Assembly: GCA_964016885.1 (NCBI GenBank)
Contig: OZ024741.1
Location: 330,770,001-330,834,000 of the forward strand
From: Eledone cirrhosa
Taxonomy: Eukaryota
Length of the DNA stretch: 64,000 bases
Direction: 5' to 3'
Shown: one piece after another, positions 13,590 through 27,105 of the stretch
How the letters are laid out: the number at the start of each line of letters is the position of its first letter
How positions within the stretch are numbered: position 1 is the first letter of the stretch
Program-made: the position numbers and the translations under genes
The notes under the pieces: generated by a model
The model's input: the letters and a program-made list of their open reading frames with translations, nothing else
The model's database searches: none
What the model was told of the DNA's origin: nothing

Positions 13590-14190
13590 TGTTTCTACTT
13601 TTTGGCACAAGGCCAGCAAATATCTCAGTGTATTACTGGTACTTTATTTTATCGACCCCGTAAGGATGAAAGGTAAAGTTAACCTCGGCTGGATTTGAAC
13701 TCGGATCATAAAGGGCCGTAACTCTAGGCTGCAAAGCATGGTGTCCGACTCTACCAATGCTGCAGGCACAAGACCAACAATTTTTGGGGAGAAGAAAGTC
13801 GGTTAAATCGATTCCACTGCGTTACTGATACTTCATTTTATCGACTCCATAAAGATAAAAGGCAAAGCTAACCTCAGCGGGATTTGAACTCAGAATATAA
13901 AGGGCTGTAACTATATGACGCAAAGCAGGTTGCCCAACGCTCTGTCGATTACTGCCAATCCACGGCCCTTTGCTAGTAGTATTAATGGTTTCTAATGTAG
14001 ACAAAAGTTTAGTAATTTTAGGGGAGGGGATTTGTCAATTATATCAGCTCCATTATTTTATTCATCCGCGGGAGGAAGAAAGGCAAAGTTGACCTTGGCA
14101 AGATTTGAACTCAGATTGTAAAGAGCCAGAATGAATACACCAAATCATTTTGTCTGGTGCTCTAGCAATTCTTCCAATTCATCTGCCCAC
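13590..14190 (-). mobile_element. Cluster of three tRNA-derived SINE copies in COX15 intron 1
   Basis: Repeated tactttattttatcgac...ggatgaaagg(t/c)aaagttaacctcgg...ggatttgaactc (reverse complement of the SINE core). Confidence 0.7.
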
Positions 14191-14695
14191 TGCGCACCCT
14201 GATCCACCATCAAATTATCAAAGTCTTTGCTTTTTCCTGCCATATTGCAGTCTTTTGGTGGTCTCATTTGCGCCTGTCACCAATTTGGAACTTTTCTTTG
14301 AAAACTAAGTTTTTTTTTTAAAGGTGTCCTTTATATCACTGGGTTTTGAGAGTTTTCATGGGAGCTAATGGTGTCGCCCATTGCACCATTTCCCTTAGTA
14401 GTTTAGGTCTAGGATTGCTTATTTGTCAGGCAGGAGCCCGCTTACATCACAAGTAACCATCATATCTGGTGGCCGTATCACTATCTGCTGTTCTCTAGCA
14501 GTATAGCTCTGCTGAGAAATTATCAAAGTAACTGAGAAAACTTCCCTAGTAGCTATATTGTTATATACAATAGTAACTGTGATAATAGAAGCTGTTGGTA
14601 GTTAAAGCAATAGTAACTGTTGGTAGTAGTAGCAGCAGAAATAGAAGTAGATGTAGCTAAATGATGATTAACCACATTGTTTATCTCCATTACAG

Positions 14696-14877
14696 AAAAA
14701 GTGGTACTATCCATGGAGCCTACAACACATCAGACAGTTAAGTCAGCGATTACACAGCACCGTAGCGACCCAGATTGTACCATCCATACCCCTCAATGGA
14801 CAGAAGATAGTTGGCAAATGGCTGTTTGGCTGTGCTGGAATGGTATTTGGAGCTGTCATATTGGGCGGTGTTACACG
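14696..14877 (+). CDS. COX15: COX15 exon 2
   Basis: ...KIVGKWLFGCAGMVFGAVILGGVTR; CAG/GTGAGT boundaries. Confidence 0.93.
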
Positions 14878-15644
14878 GTGAGTATGTTGGTCACTGTTAG
14901 GTAGAAGGAATATATCAAAAGTTAGTGATGTCATTTTGTTTAGTACCCAGTCCAACCTGTCAGTTGGTCCTTTTGGTGACACACTAAAAAGTACCAGTTC
15001 ACCCTGTGAGGTGGGCAGTCTGTGGTCACGATAAAAAGTACTCAGTCCAATCCGTCAGTTGGTCATTTTAATGCCACAATAAAAAGCCCCACATTCCACA
15101 CTGTAAATGTGGTTGGCTTTAAGAAGGGCATCAAGTTATAAAAAATAAGCCAGAAACAGTTGTGTATGAGCAGGACATGGTCATCTGCTGTGGTCAACTT
15201 TGCCTTTCAGTCTTGATAGACATATAGTACCAGTCGAGAGGCAATGGATTTGTCAGAAATGTTAAAGAGTTGGACAGAATGCTTTGTGGAATTTGATCCG
15301 GTACTGTGCATTCTGGGTACAAGTCCTGTCTCTCTGCTAGGAGTTACAACTGGGAGCTGGCTGATAGTGTCAGCAATGGAAACATTGTTTCCTTATTCCA
15401 ATCTGAAGATCAGCTCCTTTCCTTTCCTTTTTTTCAGAGGAAATTCATTGAAAATTAGCCCTTTTGTTGGCATGATTCTCATGAAAGACACAGCCTGTGA
15501 TTTTCAAATAATTTTGAAAATAATCAAGAATTTAACTTTCTCATTATTAAACTGGTGTTTAAAACTTAAATTTATGTATTTCTGTTGCATTATTCTGACT
15601 TTCTGAAACTTATCAGTCATTTATTATATTATGATTGGTTGTAG

Positions 15645-15767
15645 TTTGACTGAATCAGGTTTGTCAATGGTTGATTGGAAATTATTAAAAGATATGAAAC
15701 CACCTCGCAGCCAAGAAGAATGGATTGCAGAGTTTGAGCGCTATAAAACATTTCCTGAATACAAATA
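15645..15767 (+). CDS. COX15: COX15 exon 3
   Basis: [40 protein letters not shown]; TAG/GTGAGT boundaries. Confidence 0.95.
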
Positions 15768-16560
15768 GTGAGTATTATTCTTTATAAACAAACATTGTAT
15801 GTGAAACTTGAATTTTTGAACTTATGAAAGCGCCGAGGAAATACATTTATAAGATGTAGGAAGCTCAGATGCATAAAATAACTGCAATTACAGTCAGTTG
15901 CTATAAAATAGCTTATAAAAATTGGGTAAAGACCCTTAGAGACAAGAAAAATGTTGCAAGTGGCTGTCTGCAACTGAGCTTCCTACATAATCTTATAAAT
16001 TATTCTTTATATTTTTTTGACAATTCCTTTCCATAGTATTCCAGTTGCCATTTTGTTAGTAATCACCAATTCCATTCTTCCACATATGCTCTCCTACTTA
16101 CATGACCTAGGGTAGTGGGCTCATAATTATACAGTCATTGGTTCAATTCCTGTATCGGGCACAGCAGTGTGTTCTTGAATTTGGTGCTTCATTTCATGTT
16201 GCTTTTCATGGTAGAACTGGAACCCCTATCATTAAAACACTCAAGAAACCTCCTATGAGGTTGTATCTCGTAGAAAGCTAACTAAACCTGGGCTCTTGAA
16301 ACGTGATAGGACTGGAGTCCCTCCTATCATTAAAACACCCAAGAAACCTCCTGTGTGGAATTCAATCAGATGGATTGTATCTAATTAAAAAATTCTAATA
16401 TAATTACTTTTAGTTACTGTTTTCTCCTCATATCTATTATTGTCTCTAACAATCTATCCATTTCTCTTGCTTTAACTATCTATCCCTCTCTTCCTCTCTA
16501 ACAATCCATTGCTCTCTCTTTCTCTCTCTCTAACAATGTATACCTTTTCTCTCTACACAG

Positions 16561-16753
16561 TGTGAGCAGCCAGAAAGAAATTACACTGACAGATTTCAAG
16601 TTTATTTACTACATGGAGTATGCACACCGTATGTGGGGACGTTTGACTGGCATGGTCTTTCTCTTACCTGCTGCTTACTTTTGGAAGAAAGGATGGTTTT
16701 CTGCTGGCATGAAACCTTATATTTTCTTACTGTCTGGTCTCCTGGGTTTCCAG
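16561..16753 (+). CDS. COX15: COX15 exon 4
   Basis: [19 protein letters not shown] (conserved E-x-x-H-R motif)...LLGFQ; CAG/GTGAGT boundaries. Confidence 0.95.
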
Positions 16754-18243
16754 GTGAGTCCTTGCTTTCTATTAAGGTCAAATGTTATGTTTAACTTTGA
16801 TTAACCCAGTCCTTAACTGAAAAGGTTCATCCTTTCGTTCATGGTTATGCTGTCTCCTTTAGAATGTGTGTGTAGCAATCAAATTTCTACTAAAACTTGG
16901 TTCCAAATACACACTGAATTTCTCTCTCTTTCTTAATGGGATAAATACACATAATGGTTACAGTTATCCTTTAATATTCTGTCATGAAATAAGGTGTGTA
17001 GCCGAGTGGTTAGGATGTTGGATTCACAATTATAACATCATTGGTTTAGATCCTAGACTGTATGGTGAATTGTGTTCTTGAGCAAGACACTAAATTTCAT
17101 GTTGCTCCAGTCCTCTTGGCTGAAAAGAAAATGGGTATCAGCAACAGCTGAGTGTTGCCACCTAGAACTGACATGTCTTTCATGATGTGATTGAGGGCTG
17201 ATGTTATTAAAACACCCAAGAACCTATGAGTTGTAACCTTGTAGGAGGCCAGGTAAACCAGCATAGGTGTGAGCTGTAACAACAACAACACATTTTATTT
17301 TCTATATTTCACCTGTTCTCTATCACATTTAACTACAAATTTCTTTGTTTGACTATCTATAGTGCTGGTGCCATGATAAAATGCACCGTGTCCTTTCAGT
17401 AAAAAAGTAGTGCTGGTGTCATGATCAATTGCACCCAGTACACTCTTTAACATGTTAGTGTTATGATAAAATGCACCCAGTACACTCTGTAATGTGTTAG
17501 TGCTGGTGTCATGATAAAATGCACCCATTAAACTCTGTAATGTGTTAGTACTGGTGTCAGGATAAAATGCATCCAGAACACTCTTTAAAGTGGTTGGTGT
17601 TAGGAAGGTCATCCAACCATAGAAATCATGCCAAAATATGAACAAGTTGGTTCCCTGATCTATCTAATCTTGGACTGTGACAACCCATGCTAGCATGGAA
17701 AACAGACATAAAATGATGACGATGACTCTTTTTTTTTTTTTCTTTATATAGTTGATTCTTTCTACTTTTCACACTTTTGGTCAGGTCAGGCTTCTGTCTG
17801 CCACTGGTATCATGTAACCCAGTATAACCTGCTTCATGGTCGATTGATTGGTGACAAAACCAGTTCCCCCACCAGACCTTGGTTTGGTGAGGAGGGTAAG
17901 TGGAACCCCAGTAACTCAAAAAACAAGAGCTGTAAAAAAGGGCAGATGAACTCCTCAGAATCAACAGCTATCCACCCCAACTATAGGTTAAATGGCCTCA
18001 CCAACCCACAATTGACCAAGTACGGCTATACCCTTGACATGATTAAAACCAAACAAGAAGTGGTGGAGGTCAACTAGAGAGGGGTTCCTCCAACAGGAGA
18101 GAGGGAAGGCTCTGCACACTCAAGTCATTTTCTTTACTTTGAATATTTATAACTTTATTTGATTTTGATTTTTTTTTTTTGCATAAAAATATTTGTCCAC
18201 ATTTTTTCTTCCTTCTTTGACACCTTTCTTTTATTTTCTGCAG

Positions 18244-18402
18244 GGATTTCTTGGTTGGTATATGGTAAAGAGTGGCCTGAAAGAAGATATTGATATTCCG
18301 CGAGTGAGTCAGTATCGTCTTGCCGCCCATCTAAGTTCCGCGTTTCTCCTCTATGTTATGTTCCTCTGGTCAGGTTTGTCACACATCAACACTCAACAAA
18401 TG
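18244..18402 (+). CDS. COX15: COX15 exon 5
   Basis: [12 protein letters not shown]...[12 protein letters not shown]; CAG/GTAGGT boundaries. Confidence 0.95.
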
Positions 18403-18407
18403 GTAGG

Positions 18408-18575
18408 TTTAAACCTATATTTTTTAATATCTTCTTGAACCCTTAAACCTATAGATTTTATACCTTCTTGAACCATTAAACCTATAGTTTTATACCATCT
18501 TGAACCATTAAACCTATAGTTTTTATACATTCTTGAATCCTTAAACCTATAGTTTTTTTTATCTTCTTGAACCCT
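18408..18575. repeat. ~31-bp minisatellite starting at the COX15 exon 5 donor
   Basis: About five copies of ttaaacctatagtttt...tcttgaacc. Confidence 0.8.
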
Positions 18576-19450
18576 TATCCTTTTCAGTACCAACCCAGCC
18601 TAAACCACCTCTGGTTCTGTAAAATATAACCATTCATTTTAACCCTTTAGCATTTACATTACTCTATATTTACTATTGTATTTTTACGGTAAAGGCTTTA
18701 TCTCACATAACATTGAAGCTAAGAGATTTTGATGTTATTTATTTTGAGAACAGTACCTTGTATGAATGACCAGTATGATAAACAGACCAGTATGAATGGC
18801 CAATTACAGCTAGTTTGAACAGAAAGAGGTGAGAGAAGTCTGGCCACATATGGCTGGTTTAAATGCTAAAGGGTTAAAGAGTTTCTATTTAAATTAATAT
18901 CTTACAACATAATTTTATATAAGAACCATATTCAGCGAATTGGCAGTCGTTAGAATGTCAGATTAGAATATTTTGTGGTATTTGTTTCAGGTTTCTGAGT
19001 TCAAATCCCACCGAGGTCAATTTTGCCTTTTATCCTTCGAGGTTGATAAAAAAAAGTACCAGTCCAGTACTGGGGTCGATTCTTCCTCTATATCTTTTGC
19101 TTACTTTCTTTCTCTCACATTCTCTATTTTTCTCTGGAAGAAATCTGCTGTATTCAGACCTGAAGAGATGGGCTCTCTCAGGTTTAAAAAAAAAAATATG
19201 CATAAGAAACACCATTTGTCAATATGTCACCCTACGGCTTTCTCAGGAGTTACGGGTCCATACCAATACCATCATTATAATGAAATAATTAATAATTTTA
19301 GCAAATCCTTCAAAATTCTTCATGAATTCAGTGAAATAATGTATTTCATTAGAAATATAGTCATGAAGCAGTTAAGACTTATTTAGTTTGTTTCTTGCGT
19401 TTTTACCTTTCATCATAAACTTATAGAACTTTTTCTTTTCTTATATTTAG

Positions 19451-19532
19451 GTTCCTAAAACTTTACAGATGTTGAGACTACGTAAATTTTCCTTTGCTGT
19501 GACAGGATTAGTGTTTGTTACAGCTTTTTCTG
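19451..19532 (+). CDS. COX15: COX15 exon 6
   Basis: VPKTLQMLRLRKFSFAVTGLVFVTAFSG; TAG/GTAAGT boundaries, phase 0/1. Confidence 0.9.
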
Positions 19533-20660
19533 GTAAGTTCTATACGTTGTTTCAGTAGCTGTTATTTCTGTTGTCATTCCTCCCTTTATTATCCTAGGTT
19601 TCCTCAAATACACCCCCACCCTTATCCCATTTTGATTAGTCATCTAGGAATGTTTTCACCATGACATTTTGACTGTTAATTATTACAACAATTTATCAAA
19701 GTAAACTACTTTAACTTTTTGTGACTGGGAAGGCCAAGCCAAACCAAAATCACAATAATGAATGTATGAACTAGATGTGGTCTGCTGTCCTGTCTAGTCT
19801 CTGAGCATGACAGCCCATCTGGCCCAGGTGGGTATCGAAAGTAAATGTTTAATGATGAGAAGGGTGTAATATGGTTGGCATTTGGAAGGGCATCCAATCA
19901 TAGAAACAAAGTTAAAAAAATATCCGTATGAGCAAGACCTGGCTAGACATGACAACCTATCTAACTCATGCAAGTATAGAAAATAAACATTAAACAGTGA
20001 TGATGAATATACACTACAGTTGGGTATATTGGTATTTCATTCGATATATATTTTTACAATTTACACTATAGTTGGATAGGTATTTTAATTGACACACACA
20101 CACACACATAATATATATCATCATCATTTTACGTCCACTTTTCCCTGCACACACACACACACACTATAGTTGGGTATATTAATATTTTAATTGCTACATG
20201 CAATTATAGATACACCATTATACAATATATATATACACCATTCTTTCCCAGTTTGGATTCCTCCCCAAGTTCCTCCCATTTGTGAATTATAGATCTGACC
20301 TAAAGTGTGTTGGACCTCCGTCAGTTCCGAAAACAAGTGTTCCAGTTGTTCAAACAATTGTACAGTCTGCTCGAAAAATTGTGTAAGTACCTGAGCATTC
20401 CACAAACAAATGTACCTTTAATGTAATTTTCAGGGAGAGTCAACTTGACACAGTGTATGACAAGGCTAGCCCTGTGAATTACAGGTACAGCAAATTTTTG
20501 CCAGCACATCTCTTGGAATTGACTTGCATGGAACCCATGCCAAAATATGCAACATTTGAGCAAAGATGTGGGTCTCGGGCTGTGATGACTTGTTCAACCC
20601 ATGCTATCATGGAAGAAAGCAGACATAGAATGATGATGTTTGTTTTGTTGTTGTTACCAG

Positions 20661-20815
20661 GGGCCTTTGTTGCTGGTCTCGATGCTGGTCTTGTTTACAA
20701 CTCTTGGCCAAAGATGGCTGACAGATGGATACCTTCTGACATTGCTGCTTTCTCACCAAAGTGGAAGAATATCTTTGAAAACCCGACCACAGTCCAGTTT
20801 AACCACCGATGGATG
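20661..20815 (+). CDS. COX15: COX15 exon 7
   Basis: [18 protein letters not shown]...[14 protein letters not shown]; CAG/GTGAGT boundaries. Confidence 0.95.
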
Positions 20816-21159
20816 GTGAGTTCATTGTTTTGTGTTGCTTTTTTTATTTAATGAGTAAAGCAGCAAATTGGCAAAGTCCTCAGTTTAAAAATACATTTAT
20901 ATTTGTCCCGGCTCTCTGCACTCTGAATTCAAATTCCACCAAAGTTAACTTCAATTTCTTCCTACTTTTACTCTTGTTTATCTTTCTATATCTTCTGTCT
21001 CTCATTCTATCTTCTGATGAAGGAACATCCAAAATGTTAAAACAATTTTCCTACTATATCAAGCGTTAAACTAATATTGTACTGTAAAGTTCTCCTGTGC
21101 TGTTTTTCCATGTTAACATTTCACACACATATATATTTATGTAATTTCTGTAAAAACAG

Positions 21160-21273
21160 GGTCAGAGTACAGCTGCTGCCATTATTACACTTTGGATGTT
21201 ATGTCGCAAAGCACCATTAACTCCTCGAGCCAGGAATGCAGTCAACTGTCTTCTTGCCATGGCTTTTATTCAG
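21160..21273 (+). CDS. COX15: COX15 exon 8
   Basis: GQSTAAAIITLWMLCRKAPLTPRARNAVNCLLAMAFIQ; CAG/GTGAGT boundaries. Confidence 0.92.
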
Positions 21274-21745
21274 GTGAGTTTTCAGCACAATTTGATTTCT
21301 TCTTTATATATCGGGTTGCAATGAAAGCTCTTTTTCATTTGTTCTTTATACAATGTGTTTAAAAAAATAAGATATCATTTGAGATGTAAATATCCTAGAA
21401 ACTACAAAGCTTAAGACAACGAGACTGAGCAGGCTTAATGTTGAGCAAGAAGATTTATTCCTCAAAATTTGTCAACATTATAATACTGATTCACAATATA
21501 TAGTGGTAATTTCTGGGATATTTACATTTCAAATGATATCTAATTTTTGAAACACCCTGAATATCAGGCTGCAATGAAAGTTCTTTCATTCTAACATTTT
21601 TCATACCATCCCTCATTCTACAATGCTAAGCTGTTTTTAAAATGTTTATATTTATCTAAAAACCTTGCATTATGATTTTATGTAAGAACCTTTGTTAGGT
21701 TATGCTCCAAACACCAACTTAATAGTATTTGTTTGTTATTTCCAG

Positions 21746-21877
21746 ATTGGCCTAGGTATTGGAACCCTGCTGAGTTATGTTGAAACCCCATTAGCTGCTA
21801 CACATCAGTCTGGATCTCTGGTGCTACTCTCCTTTGCAACTTGGCTATCTCATGAGTTACGAAGAATTCCAAAATAA
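21746..21877 (+). CDS. COX15: COX15 exon 9 (stop)
   Basis: IGLGIGTLLSYVETPLAATHQSGSLVLLS...RRIPK*; joined CDS 1317 nt = 438 aa. Confidence 0.95.
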   Translation: MGLGIGTLLSYVETPLAATHQSGSLVLLSFATWLSHELRRIPK

Positions 21878-22397
21878 ATAATAACTGTAATTTTAATCAT
21901 TCTTGGCTTTTATTTACCATTTTTATTTTTTATTTAGAAACATGCTTCGATATGCGTGATAAACAACCAAGTATAGATGGGCTGAGAGAAAAACTGGTTT
22001 TGGAGGAATCAAATGTAGTGTGCAAGAGGGAAGACTTGGTATAGACATGTGATGCATATGGATGATGATTGTTGGGTGAAGATGTTTTAAGAGTTCCCAG
22101 TAGAGGGAAGCTGCATTAGAGGAAAGCCAAGGAAGACTTGGGTAAAAATGGTGAAAAAGGATCAGTAAAGTGGTAGTGCCAGAGTCACAGCAAAAAACAG
22201 GACCTAGTCAACCCTGTAAAGTGGTGTTGGAGTCACAAGAAAATATTCTCAGTCCACGCTGTAAAATGGTTGGCATTAGGAAGGGCATTCAGCCATAGAA
22301 AACCAAGCCAAAAACGGTGTATTCAAGCGACGGGTGGTTACCTGACCTGTCTAAGCCTCCGAATATGACAACCTATCTAACCCATGCAAGTGTAGAA

Positions 22398-22737
22398 AAT
22401 AGATGTTAAATGGTGATGTGTGTGTGTGAGTGTGCCCATATCTTTGTATTTGTGTGTCTATCCATATCTTCTTTGTGTGTGTGTCTGTGTCCATATCTTT
22501 GTTTGTTTGTGTGTGAGTGTTCATATCTTTGTTTGTATGTCTGTTTTCATGATCTGTTTGTTTCTCTGTGTGTGTGCCTTTGTATTTGTGTCTGTGTGTC
22601 ATATTTGTTTGTGTGTATCTTTGTCTGTGTCTGTGTCTGTGTCTTTGTGTTAGTGTGTCTGTGTTTGTGTGTCTTTGTTAGTTTTGTGTTTCTGTGTGTG
22701 TGTCTTTGTGTGTCCCTGTGTATGTGTGCAAGTCTTT
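22398..22737. repeat. GT/GTCT-rich low-complexity tract
   Basis: Degenerate (GT)n/(GTCT)n sequence. Confidence 0.85.
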
Positions 22738-24162
22738 AGTGTTTACATTTATTATTTGTTTATGTCCTTAGCCTCAGTTTGACAAAAAAGAGATTTCTAA
22801 AATGAATGTGGTGGTTGATATAGTTGACTGAATCCCTTCAAGGCGGTGCCCCAGCATAGCCATAATCTCATGACTGAAACAAGTAAAAGAGTATGCAAAA
22901 TTAATTAATAATAAACATTATTTGATCAATCTCCATTGGTGCTAGGATGAGTATCTAGTCACAGAAATTATAGAACATATGATCATGATATGATAATCAG
23001 ATTGTGTCTTGTCTTGGACTGTGACAACCCAGCCAACCCAAGGTTCCAAGCATGGACATTGAAAGGTTGCAGTCTGCACATCATCTGCTACAATAACGCT
23101 CGTTTTTGTAGCGAAACCTATCCAATCACTGACCCCCAAGAGACATCTAACAGGGATTTTCTAGGTTATATCCTTTGGCATCAGTTGTCTGAAGTAGCAG
23201 GTCATTTTAAGGTGAAAGCATAAATAGCCTGCCTTAGACCATAGAGTAAACATGTAAACAATTGCTTTTCACAGACCCTTTGGTTCTTACTTACTCTGAC
23301 TCCCTCACTCGCTATCTCTTGGTCTCTCTATCGACCAAGCCAGTGAAGTTGAGGAGTTGATTAAATCGACCCCCAGTGCATTGCTGGTACTTTATTTTAT
23401 CGCAAGGATGAAATGCCACGACGGGATTTGAACTCATAATGTAAAGGGACATAACTATGTGCCACAAAGCATGTTCGATGCTCTACCGATACTGCCAATC
23501 CATTGCCCTTCTCACCACAAAATAATTATAGGTAGAGCTAACTGCTACTGAGCATGCCCACAGGTAGTGCATAATGGAGGGGTCTTTAGATATAGGGGCC
23601 AGCTACGAAGAAGTGGGTTTTCCCAATGAATAAGCAGTCATGGAATAGCAGTGGGAGTTTAGATTAGCGAGAGAGAATTTTTTTTTATTCGTAACTCCTG
23701 CTTGGGTCGTAGGGCGCCGTAGTGGCATACATCGTTTCTAGGGAATTATTTTTAAAAAATTAAGCAGAGCCCATCTCCTCCAAGTTTCAATACAGCATAT
23801 TTCTTTCTGAGAAGGATAGTGAGTGAGAGAATGGTAATGAAAAAAGAGATATAGAGGAAGAATCAACTCTAGTACTAGACCGGTACTTGAATGGACGAAA
23901 GGCATAGTTAAACAACTCTGTCAATTCACCGCTTTGCTTCTATTTAAAAAATGCTAGAATGCTCTGTGATAGGATCATGACAATACAAATACAGACAGCT
24001 TTCTAAATAAGTCTGTCTGGTGGGAGAATCTGATCAACACTAGTATGAATTGTGGTTCCACAAAGAATCTGTATTAGCAAGGAATTGGGTCCCTTATTCA
24101 TGTATAACGATGCTCAGTAACTCCAATTGTGAGCAAGATACTCAGAACCTTACTCATATATA

Positions 24163-24340
24163 ACTGGAGTTTGGTTGATAAGTACAGAGACAGACTACAT
24201 TGGAAACGAGATATCTCCACCCTCTGGAGTTTGGTTGATAAGAGACAAGACTACAATGGAAACGAGAGATATCCAGCCTCTGGAGTTTGGTGATAAGTAT
24301 AGACAAGCTATTTTGGAAACGAGAGATCTCCAACCCCTGA
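24163..24340. repeat. ~59-bp minisatellite, 3 copies
   Basis: ctggagtttggttgataag...agac...tggaaacgagatatctcca repeated. Confidence 0.8.
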
Positions 24341-25308
24341 AGTATATTTTGTGACATATATTCTTCAAATTATTTAATATAAAGTGAAAGTATATTCTTT
24401 TGTTAGTACAGTATATGAAACTAACGTATTGACTGAAATCAAATTGACGTACCTTAACGAAAACAACAGGAATAATACCTTATTCATTTATTTATTTATC
24501 GTTTCCTCGAAAACCCATTCATTCATTTATACAATAAAAACGTATAATAAGGAAGTACTGTAACATGCATTGTATAAAAGGAGCCGCTATAACGCTCTAA
24601 TTTGACGAAAACAAATTGATGTTACAGTAAGCTAACAAGTCTTTGTCGTGTTTTATATTAATTTGTTAGAAACATTTCTATAATTTGACATCGACCTGTT
24701 TTTATTATGAAAAGCTGTCGCCATGCATTAACTATAAAATAATCGAATAAATAGAGAAAATTACCCTTGAAGATGGGGCAAAGATCTATAGAGACACCTG
24801 TGGAGATCGAACCGATCGAAATAAAAAACGCAAACAAAAAACAGGGTTTAAGTAGCCTCACTAAACTGCAATTAACCAAGCGTGGTGAGTACGTCCTTAA
24901 CATGACCAAAACGAAACAGAAAGCGTTGGAGGTCAACCAGAGAGGTGTTCCTCCAATAGGATTGTGGCAGCCTTTCACAAGAAAAGCAAATAGATTTCAT
25001 ATTTTCAAACTTGCCAAATATCTTCATAACTCTATCGGTTTGTTAAACAATTCTGTATTTTCCATGTTTACTATAGTTGTACTATTTATCAAAATAACTC
25101 TTTTTTTTTTATATTGTATAGATTATGTGACTTGATATTTGAATAAAATAAATAATTGTTATAAACGTCATTGAATATGTATTTACGAATGTTTAAATAC
25201 GGAGAAAAAAAAAAAAGAGTGTCTGGAAATCTGTGTGAAGGAGACAGAATCTCTGTTAGCACCGTCAAAGAGAGTTGGGTGTAAACAAAACTTCACTTCG
25301 ACCTTAAA

Positions 25309-25329
25309 ATGGAACGTCCTGAAATGTCT
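25309..25329 (+). CDS. Possible 21-nt first coding exon (MERPEMS) of the C10orf88 homologue
   Basis: aaaATGg context and GTAAGT donor at 25330; joins in frame (phase 0) to the acceptor at 26828 (DSAAMCEV...). Confidence 0.4.
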
Positions 25330-26265
25330 GTAAGTTGTTTTATTACCTTTCCCATTTCTTTTAATTTCTTCGTTTCCTCTGTATATGGAATTTTGCCGAA
25401 TATACCATATATATACATACATACACACACAAAACCCCACTGATTTTCAGTCTGTGCCAGTGTCAGATACAACCTACATATTGGGGCCTCACAGTCCGTA
25501 ATTACCTCAAAATAATTAAAAGGCATAATATATTTTTCAATTTTTCTGAGAGCTTTTGCTGCTTTCTTTTTTTAACAGGGCGGGAGTACTTCAAAGCTTT
25601 TGAATAGCTTCGTATCTTATCTCGTCCAAATCTGGCTCTGCTCTCTACCGAATTACGAATGGTGTGTAGAATTAATCTTTTTGTTGCCATATATCTAATG
25701 ACAATACTTACGTTTTTTTTTTTTTTTTTTTTTCAAATAATTTTGAAAAAACAAAACAAACCATAACGGGGATAATCAAGAATTTGATAGGGGTTTAGTA
25801 ACATAACTAACTTTGTCCGTATTGCGCTAGTATTTGGAATATAACTTAACAAAGGTTCGAATAGAAAATTATGATGGAAAGTTTTTTTTAGATAAATTTA
25901 CACACTTTAAAATTAATAGATTTGTTCTGTAGAACATCCCATCATACTTTTGTATAAGTACCTTTATTTTATGTTCCAAATAACAGTTTAATAATGAGAA
26001 AATTAGTTATATTACTAAACTCCTCCAAATTTTGGATTATTTAAAAATTATTAGCAATGTTTTTCATTAGAAATATGGTAACGGAATGGCGTCCAGACAT
26101 TATCCAATGAGTCTTTTTGTAAGTTGATAGGGTGTGGTTTTAGGAAGATTTGGTTGCTGTTTCTAGCAGTTTGATTGACCACATATAGGTTACTTAATTT
26201 TCTGCTTATATATATTTATTGCCTGTAAGTTGTATTCTATTGTAAACTTTGGTCTACTCAACTAT

Positions 26266-26339
<74 letters not shown>

Positions 26340-26341
<2 letters not shown>

Positions 26342-26582
26342 ATTCGTTTTTTAATTTGTTTTGCGGGATTTCTTATCTGAAAACGTGTATTGAAACATAT
26401 TGTTATACTTTGGTCATGCTGCCAATAAAAACACACGCACCTGTTGGTTTTCACTTCAATTTATTGTAAGTTTCCGGTTGGTTGGTTCGATAACCAGAAG
26501 GTTGTTACACAAAATAAAAACCTACTCACTGAGGAGGTCACAGCATGTGTGACGAAAGAGCTTTGACAATATATAAACAACC
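26340..26582. mobile_element. Penelope-like terminal remnant with a degenerate hammerhead (26526-26566, +)
   Basis: 26340-26505 is a diverged reverse complement of 57480-57687; it is followed by tca-CTGAGGA-ggtcac..gtgac-GAAA-gagctt-tga. Confidence 0.65.
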
Positions 26583-26840
26583 TTTTGGTTATGAGGGAAT
26601 GGAGGTTGCATGGAGCAGGAAGGAACATTTTAGCCTTGAGTGGACAGGACTAACAGACAACTATATATGTAACCATAGAAACCATATCATCTGTCTAATC
26701 TTAATGACAACCCAGCTAACCACATGAAAGCATGGAAAATAGACATAGAACAATGATGGCGTTGATGGTGGTGGGGGTATTGATGATGGTGTTGATGATG
26801 ATGATATATATTTCTTTGTTGTTTTTAGGACAGTGCAGCC

Positions 26841-26947
26841 ATGTGTGAAGTTAGTCAGTCTGTGATTATTAAACACAGCTGGTTATCAGAGCAAGATGTT
26901 GGTGACAATGCTGAAGTACATGTAGGAGCTGAAGATGACACTTATAG
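26841..26947 (+). CDS. C10orf88: C10orf88/PAAT homologue, coding exon A
   Basis: MCEVSQSVIIKHSWLSEQD... (cf. SSW motif); acceptor 26828, GTATGT donor 26948, phase 2. Confidence 0.7.
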
Positions 26948-27105
26948 GTATGTACCCTTACACCTGTTGACCTCTGTGGGGTGGGGGCTGAAGATGACAC
27001 TTATAGGTATGTACCCTTACACCTGTTGACCTCTGTGGGGTGGGGGATGAAGATGAGAGTTACAGGTAGATATCCTTACACCTGTTGATCCTTGTGGGAT
27101 AGGGT
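26928..27105 (+). repeat. 59-bp tandem repeat (3 copies) duplicating the exon A 3' end and splice donor
   Basis: gctgaagatgacacttatag|gtatgtacccttacacctgttgacctctgtggggtgggg at 26928, 26987 and 27046. Confidence 0.9.

Noticed and set aside
21008-21050. ctgatgaaggaacatccaaaatgtta hammerhead-like remnant in a COX15 intron
   Set aside because: GAAA is replaced by AAAA and there is no convincing stem I, so it is not called as a ribozyme
25502-25690. Minus-strand ORF MATKRLILHTIRNS... resembling a mitochondrial presequence with a GT donor
   Set aside because: No downstream exons or recognisable homology found between it and COX15
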